Positions 52,450-64,000 of a stretch of 64,000 nucleotides of DNA are shown piece after piece (the first letter of the stretch is position 1; each line of letters opens with the position of its first letter). The stretch lies in assembly GCF_009914755.1 (NCBI RefSeq), contig NC_060935.1, one strand, 5' to 3'. The stretch is from the human T2T-CHM13v2.0 reference genome, Homo sapiens. The translations under genes and the position numbers were made by a program. The notes beneath the pieces are model-generated. The model ran no database searches. It saw only the letters and a program-made list of their open reading frames with translations, and had not been told where the DNA came from.

Positions 52450-55135
52450 TACCCCCAAATTTATTTACAGATTCAATATTATTCTTATCAAAACTCCAGT
52501 TACGGTTTTCTTTTGCAGAAATTGACAGGCTGACCATAAAATTCATATAAAAATGCCAGAGACCTAGAGCAGTTCAAACAACCTTGAAAAAGAAAAAAAG
52601 TAGGAGGACTCATACTTCTCATTTCAAAAGTTACTACAAAGCTATAGTAATCAAAACAGTGTGTTACAGGCCTAAATACAGACATGTAGGTCAATGGAAT
52701 AGAATTGCAAATCTAAAAATAAACCCTTGTATTTATGGTCAATTAATTTTTGACAAGAGTTAAAGACAATTCAGTAGGGGAAGACGAGTCTTCTCAACAA
52801 ATGATACTGGGACAACTGGATATCATATGCAAAAGAATGAAGTTAAATCCATATCTCACAGCATATACAAAAATTAACTAAAAATGGATCAAAAACCCAA
52901 TGTAAGAGCCAAAACTCATAAACTCTTAGAAGAAATGATAGAAGCAAATTTTTGTGACCTTGGTTTAGGCCATAGTGTTTTAGATATGACACAAAAAGCA
53001 AAAGCAGTAAAATAAAAAAATAAATTGGACTTCATCAAAATGTAAAACTTTTGTGCTTCAGACACTATCAAGAAAGTGAAAAGACAACCAATAAAATGGG
53101 AGAAGATATCTGCAAAAAATATATCTGATATATCTGATTAATAACCCAATTAAAAATAGGCAAATGATTTGAATAGACATTTTCCCCAAGAAGATATACA
53201 ATGGCCAGTAAACATAGGAAAAGATGCTCAGCATCAGCAGTCATTAAGGAATCAAAACCACAATGAAATGCCCCTTCACACCCACTAGGTTGACTAATAT
53301 AAAAAGACCGACAATAACGAATATGGTAAGGATATAGAAAAACTGGAACCCTCGTACATTGCTAGTGGGACTGTAAAATGGTGCAGTCACTTTGGAAATC
53401 AGTATGGCAGTTACTCAAATGGATGAACATAGAGTTAGCATATGACCCAGCAATTCCACTCTTAAATATCCATCCAAGAGAAATAAGAGCATGTATCTGC
53501 AGAAAACTTGTACAAAAATGGTCATTGTGGCATGATTTATAATAGCTAACAAGTGGAAACAATACAAAGGTCTAACAACTGATAAATGGATAAACAACAT
53601 GTGGTATATTCATACAATGGAATATTATATGGCAATAAAAAGGAATGAAGTACTAATACCTGCTACCTCAATAATCCTTGAAAATATTATGCTAAGTGAA
53701 AGAAGCCAGTGACAAAAGACTATGTATTTTGTATGATTCCATTTATAGGAAATATCCAGAATAGGCAAATCTGTTCAGACTGAAGGAAGCTTAGTGATTG
53801 CCAGGGACTGAGGGCAGAGGGGAATAGGAAATGACTGGTCATGAATACAGAGTTTCTTTTTAGGGTGATGAAAATGTTCTTAAATTTGATACTCCTGATG
53901 GCTGCATAACCATGTGAATATACTAAAAACTACTGAAATGTATACTTTGAATGTACAGTTTTATGGTATGTGCATTATATTTCATTAAAGCTGTTATTTT
54001 TAAAAACTACATACCACTATTAAAAAATGACAGTGAACAATAAATATGCTAAATATTGTATACATCCAAACATTGCTTGTACTAAAAGACAGTGATAATA
54101 ATGAATAATGACATCTAATTTGTATTGTGGAAAAAAAGGGATACAACTTAAATATTAGACAAAAATAGCAGTAAGTTGGGAGAGGGTGACTACAGTTAAT
54201 TAACTCTACAATTCTGTAATAGTTTGGGAGGAAGGTAATGAATGATACTATCATTAGGGTCTATTAAATATGCATGAAAAAAGGGCCAGGCTAACTACTT
54301 AAAGGACAGACATATGCATAAAACTTCAAAACTAGTAAAGGGAAAAAATGAGGGGTGGTAATAGTATCTTCCTGTCTCTTTCCCACAGTCCCCAAGAGGC
54401 CCATCCTCATCCAAGTCTTCATTGCTTTGTCACTGCTGAGATTTCCCTGGGGCTTTGGAGGGTATATTATGTGGAGGAAAAGGGAATCTACATTTATGAT
54501 TCATTTAACATGCATTACTTCAGTGATTTAAACCTCTCCATCCCTTGTGTTATGTACAAAACCATCTTCCATTTACAGAGAAGACGAGGCAAGGCCAGAG
54601 TGCTTAAGTCACTTGTCCAAGGACACACAGCCAGGAATTGGCTGGACTGGGATTTGAACTAGGTCTAATGCTAGAATCTGTGTTCTTTTCCATTGTATTG
54701 TGCCAGTTGTCTTGGCTGCTCTTAGCCAATTGCTCTTACTCCATCTGCATCTAAAGATGCAGTTGGCATGCTTCAGAAAGCACAGAAGCCCGCTCCCTGG
54801 GACCTTGTCGACAGGGCCTCTCCTGACACCACAGAACACACACCTGTGAAGTGGCTGCATTGTTGCCCCACATCTCTTTCTCCTGCCCTTGAGAGCAGCC
54901 TCAGTCAGTGGATATAGGCGCCATGTTTGCAAGGTGACATTGTTTTGGCCTAGAGGATGGGCTATGGGGTCAGAGAGAACTGGATTCAAACCTTGGTTCT
55001 GATGTTCCTATAAGCTTTCAGCAACTTAATCTGCATTTCAGCTTCCTCATTTGTTTGGAGACATTTGTTTCCCAGGGCTGCTGTGAGATTTACACAGATA
55101 GCCAACTTCAAGTTCCCAGAACAGCCCTGGCATGA

Positions 55136-55654
<519 letters not shown>

Positions 55655-55713
55655 TAAAATGATCTCAGGTAGGCCCTTGGCTATTACAAGATGTAAGTGC
55701 CCAAAAGTCTACC

Positions 55714-55716
55714 ATA

Positions 55717-55770
<54 letters not shown>

Positions 55771-55814
55771 CACAATATATATATAGTATATATGTATAAT
55801 ATATATATTAGTTT

Positions 55815-55860
<46 letters not shown>
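55714..55860. repeat. Compound (TG)/(TA)n/(CA)n microsatellite
   Basis: (TG)4(TA)19TG(CA)5, then AT-rich sequence, then about (CA)20. Confidence 0.92.
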
Positions 55861-55861
<1 letters not shown>

Positions 55862-56469
55862 TATTCTCAGTCCCTCCATATCCCAGGGAATATCAGTTTC
55901 CATTCAGTGTTCAGTTTGAGTATTTTTAAAACCTCCTTTTGAACATATCTGTAGGAAAATATCCCTAAATGTCTTGAGTATTCCAAAGAATGGCTTCACC
56001 CATTGAATACCTCATTGTAACATGTTTCTCTTAATGATCCACCCATTTAAAAATGGTGCTGCTTCTTTAAAATATTTGCAGCTCTGAAATGTTGCTGCTT
56101 TCATTAATAAACAATGGCTTTTCAAGCCAAACCTTGGGAAATCTCTAGAAAGGGGCATTCATTTATGAATACTGTCAGTGGTGGGATTCTGATATTGATT
56201 TCCAATTCCCTGCCCACCTAAGATTTCTATTCATTGATTAAATGTCAATTACATCCCAAGAATTGTGCTATACCCTGAGCATACAAAGATGAGCAAGATA
56301 TGCTCACATCCTACCCTGTGGAGTCTAGGTGGGGGATACAGACTCTCACATAAACAGTTGCAATGCAGAGTGATGACATGGTAGGGTGGGAAAAGAAGGC
56401 ATGTTATCAGATTAGCCAGAAGAGGCATTTACCCAGAATGGGGCAGAAGGAGGTGTGAGATGGGAATGT

Positions 56470-56830
56470 ACTGCAGATGGAAGTCTCAGGAAAAAGTTGC
56501 TGAGACAGAGTCTAGGGTACAAGATGTTTAGTAGGGATCAACCTCTGTGAAAGGAACAGGATGAAGCCCAATCAGACAGAGGAAGAAACTGAACTGCAGT
56601 ACAATCCTGAAGAAGCTGTGGCCAACCAGGCAGGGGTTCTGGAGAGAAGATTGCCTGCAAGAGGGTTATGAGTCAGGCTAAAACTGTGGGCTTCCCTGTC
56701 CCAACTGCCAGTCGCTGGATGTGGAGCTGACAGCCACAGCCACATGCTGCCTCCTGACGCTTTCCTCATGACTCGGCAGCAAGTCCTTCCTTGATGTGGG
56801 ATCTGGGTCGTCCAGTGTCATGTCTTCCTC
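56470..56830. mobile_element. MLT1-like MaLR LTR (degenerate)
   Basis: ctgagacagagtctagggtacaagatgtttagtagggatcaacctctgtgaaagg...gaggaagaaactgaactgcagtac. Boundaries approximate. Confidence 0.45.
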
Positions 56831-57459
56831 AGAGAGAGGCGTCCTAGAGTAGGGAGCATCTAAACCAAGATTTGAGGGACAAACCACCAGGTAATAAGGT
56901 GGGATGGGTGGGGAGTGGGAAGTGGCAGAGGCGATAGCCTGTGTGACAGCTTGGAGGAGCCAGACAGGTTGCATGGAAGGGACTGAAACAGAGCTCAGGC
57001 AAGTGGTGGGGTGCAGTGTGCAGAGATGATACTGGAAAGGTAGGAAGAGGAAGAACCTTGCAGGGTCTTGTGGGCCACATTAATGAGTTTGGACTTGATC
57101 CAATAGTAGCTTGTAAGATGCACTTAGGGATGAGTTTTAGAACATCCTCTGTGGGCTCTATGAGGGAGGATAGGTTGAGAGGTGAGAAGGATGGGGCTTG
57201 GAGGGAAGGCAGGAGGCCCTGTTGGAATAGTGTGGGTCTCTGAGGACTGCCTCAGTGGCAGGTACCTCCTGAGAACAGTGCCTCCCTCCACACTGAGGGA
57301 GAACTGGCCTGTGACTCCCTTTGACTATGAGAAAGAGGAAGAGGCAGAGGTCCCCTAAGCCTTTGGAAGGCCTGGCAAGCTTTCGCTCTTGCACTCTAGG
57401 AAGAAGTCCGGCTACTCCACAATTAACAACTCACAGCCAATCTCACTTCATCGGTATCC

Positions 57460-57950
57460 TCATCAGTTTCCCCATCCTGCATTGTTCTGAAGCAAATCCC
57501 AGACATGATGTCATTTAACCCATAAATATTTCAAGATATATCCCTAAAAGATAAGGACATTCCTTAAAAAATATAACCACAATTGTACTATCACTTAAGG
57601 AAACTGCACTGTTTCTTGATGTAAATAAATGGTCAGTGTTCAAGATTCCAATTGTGTCAGAAGTGTAATAAATGTTTATTTTTTACATTTGGTTTGAATC
57701 TGGATCCAAGCATGGTTCGCTCACTGTAATTAGTTGGTATATCTTTTAAATGTCTTTTAATCTATAGATTCCTCTTCCATCTTCTACCGTTCTCTTCCCT
57801 TCCCACAACCCCTGCAATTTATGTTTTGAAGAGACTGGGTCATTTGTTTTATGTCGTTTCCTTAAAGTCTGGATTTTGCTGATTGCATGCCCAAGGTATG
57901 TGTTTAACATGTTCTCTGTATTTTCTCTGAATCATCAGTTGGATGAGGAA
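57460..57950 (-). mobile_element. Old L1M 3'UTR fragment
   Basis: aagcaaatcccagacatgatgtcattt...taaaagataaggac...tgaatctggatccaagc...tctggattttgctgattgcat. Confidence 0.55.
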
Positions 57951-58532
57951 AGTTTTAAATCATATGAGATGGAGTTTTCCACAGGACTAGGCTGGACTGG
58001 ACTTTGAATGCCTCAAATTCACAGCTACACCACAGAATCTGCCTAGCATGCTGTTAACAGATGGGAAAGTTGGATTTCATGGTACACCAGTGAAGGCAGA
58101 GATGGGGATAATTAAAGCTAAAACATGTTTGTATTCTGTACAACTGTTCAAGCAGCTCATAAAAATAACTATGAATACCATAACATTGTGGTATTGATTT
58201 CCAAGTCAATTCCAATTGATTTCTTGGACAGGCTCTATGGATTCTTTCCTCTGAGTTCTGCCCTATTGCCCCCACTGGCATGCCCTGGGCAGCTATTTCC
58301 CTGTAGCAGAGCCCGTGTTACTAAATGAAGTTTTGCATCCATTATTAATCAAAATTCATTTTATGTAGCAAATATTATTATCTTGTTGCTCAGGAGGTTT
58401 GTTTCTCCCTGATACCCTTTGCATAAAGCTCCTATTGTGCTCATGGCAAGATCGTGGCTCTCCCTAAGCCCGCACTCTAGTTTTGTGATGACTTTGTTCT
58501 GCTTGCTTTTGATCAGGAAGGGTAATTGTCTA

Positions 58533-59788
<1,256 letters not shown>

Positions 59789-59972
59789 TACTGATGTGCT
59801 TCAGCCACTTACTTAACTGATGTCTGTTGCCTGCAGTAGTAAGAGATCCCCAGCAATCAAACTACTGTTTAGTGAATCAGTCAAAAGAAGACTTGATCTT
59901 GTGCTTCTCTTTCTTTGTATCTCTCAAACACAGTTTTGCTACAATAAACCCCTTTAAAAATAGTTACAGCTA

Positions 59973-62557
<2,585 letters not shown>

Positions 62558-64000
62558 AAAAATAGTTATAGCTACTGAAAATTAGCACTAGAGAGTAATT
62601 CCAGGCTCTTTTTGCTTTAAACTTTTCCTAGCTTAACTCACATATAACAATAGTACTATGCTTTTATATTATAGATCTTCCCAGTTTTCAAACTACATTT
62701 GAAATCCCCATGGCATGAAAATGAAATGATTAAACTAAAAAAATTCAAACGATTAAACTAAAAAATTATTCACATTTTATTGAAAGGACACAATTTTTTA
62801 GCTGCAGTTGCTGCATTTAAGGAGAACATTCAATGTCCAGCAAAGAAAAAGGCTCCTGAGAAATGGGGCAGCGCCCAGAAGTCTGGACTTCTTCCACTGT
62901 GGCTGTAGCCAACACTTGTGGTGGGGTTATTTGTAAGCATTTTGTAGGAGGCATTTTTCAATAACATTATTCATTCATTCAGTAAATACTCATGAAGCAC
63001 CTCTTTTAATCCGGGCGTTCTCTGGGCAAAACACTAAAGACATCTCCAACATTCTCTTTTAATGCATGATGTTCTCTGTGCAATTGCAAACAGAAACTGA
63101 ACTAGCCAGAGCAATTGAATTTTTTGCAGTTGAAAGCATCATCATGGCTAAGACAAGAAGTCTTTGAGCAATCCAGAGACTGAAACTATCTGTAGTAGCA
63201 GATCTACCATGACTCAAAGAAGTCCTCTGTGCTGTAGACTGATATGTACCAAAATGGGATCTGGCCTGGAGAGGGTGACCCAGAAATGGGATATTGAGAG
63301 GCAAGAGTTCCAACCTGGACATGCACAACCCTAGCCACTTGCATAACCAATTACAGGGGAGCCTTATTTCTAAGGCTTCGTACTAGGTATGCTTGTTCAC
63401 TGTATGTAGATGGTTGTATGTTTCAATAACGATAGCTAATGTTGAATCAGCTAAGCACTATGGAAATACCATCATATTTAATATTCACAAAAACCCTACG
63501 AAAGTATTTATTATTATTATTTCCATTTTAGAGAACAGGAAACTGTGACTTAAGTAGGTAAATAACTGGCCCAAGGAGGTACAATTGCAGAGCTGACACT
63601 CAGCCCAGACCTCAGTGCCTCCCAGGCTTATGCTCTACACCACCATGCAGATTGCCATCTCAGACTTAAAAAACCAACTGAAATTGATTTCTTAATATGT
63701 GTTTTTTCTCTGCCCAATTAATCCTTTTGCATTTCTCATAATGTCCTGAATTAAAAGAGCCCTTTTAGACATTATTCAGGAAAATTTACAGACAGGATGG
63801 ACCAACAACTATAAAAATCAACAAACAGCTAGAGTTGCCATCCCAGGGCCAAGATGGACAGCAGACAATGTAAACAGTGCCCCTTTCAGAACAATTCTGA
63901 ACAAACGTGTTTCATCACTTTCACGTGTATTTAGTCCTCCCAAGACTTTATGAGGTTGATCCTACTATCACCAATGTGACAGCCAAGTAGGCTGAGGCTC

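Larger units (their letters stand above)
46468..54000 (+). mobile_element. 5'-truncated L1MB-type LINE-1 (ORF2 RT region to 3' end), split by Tigger1
   Basis: Sense ORF2 remnant at 46468-47498 resumes at 52452 (gttaagatggcaata|cccccaaatttatttacagattcaat) and runs to attaaagctgtt at ~53995. Confidence 0.8.

Overview
Vertebrate (very probably human chr11q21) genomic DNA, not prokaryotic. Positions 1-~23.7 kb hold the 3' half of AMOTL1 (angiomotin-like 1) on the + strand. There are six GT-AG coding exons (924-1073, 6516-6706, 11726-11851, 12933-13159, 16189-16464, 17680-17786) that splice in one open frame. They encode the end of the coiled-coil/angiomotin_C region and the C-terminal PDZ-binding motif EVLI*, followed by a ~5.9 kb 3'UTR ending near AATAAA at 23637/23717. 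The rest is intergenic and dominated by transposon fossils: a THE1 solo LTR, an apparently full-length old L1MA with intact TSDs (34.9-41.8 kb), a nest of L1MB > Tigger1 > twin-primed L1PA (46-54 kb), Tigger3b, Alus, MIR/L2/MER elements and microsatellites. An ST13 (Hip) processed pseudogene with TSDs lies at 60-62.6 kb. Almost all ORFs in the supplied track are spurious or repeat-derived. I found no convincing new gene system. The most unexplained structure is a 135-bp, 132/135-identical direct duplication shared by the last intron and the 3'UTR of AMOTL1, with templated-looking junctions. Also notable are a G-rich 62-bp intronic minisatellite and a very compact regulatory module at the 3'UTR end. 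Repeat subfamily names are from memory of consensus sequences and need RepeatMasker/Dfam confirmation.
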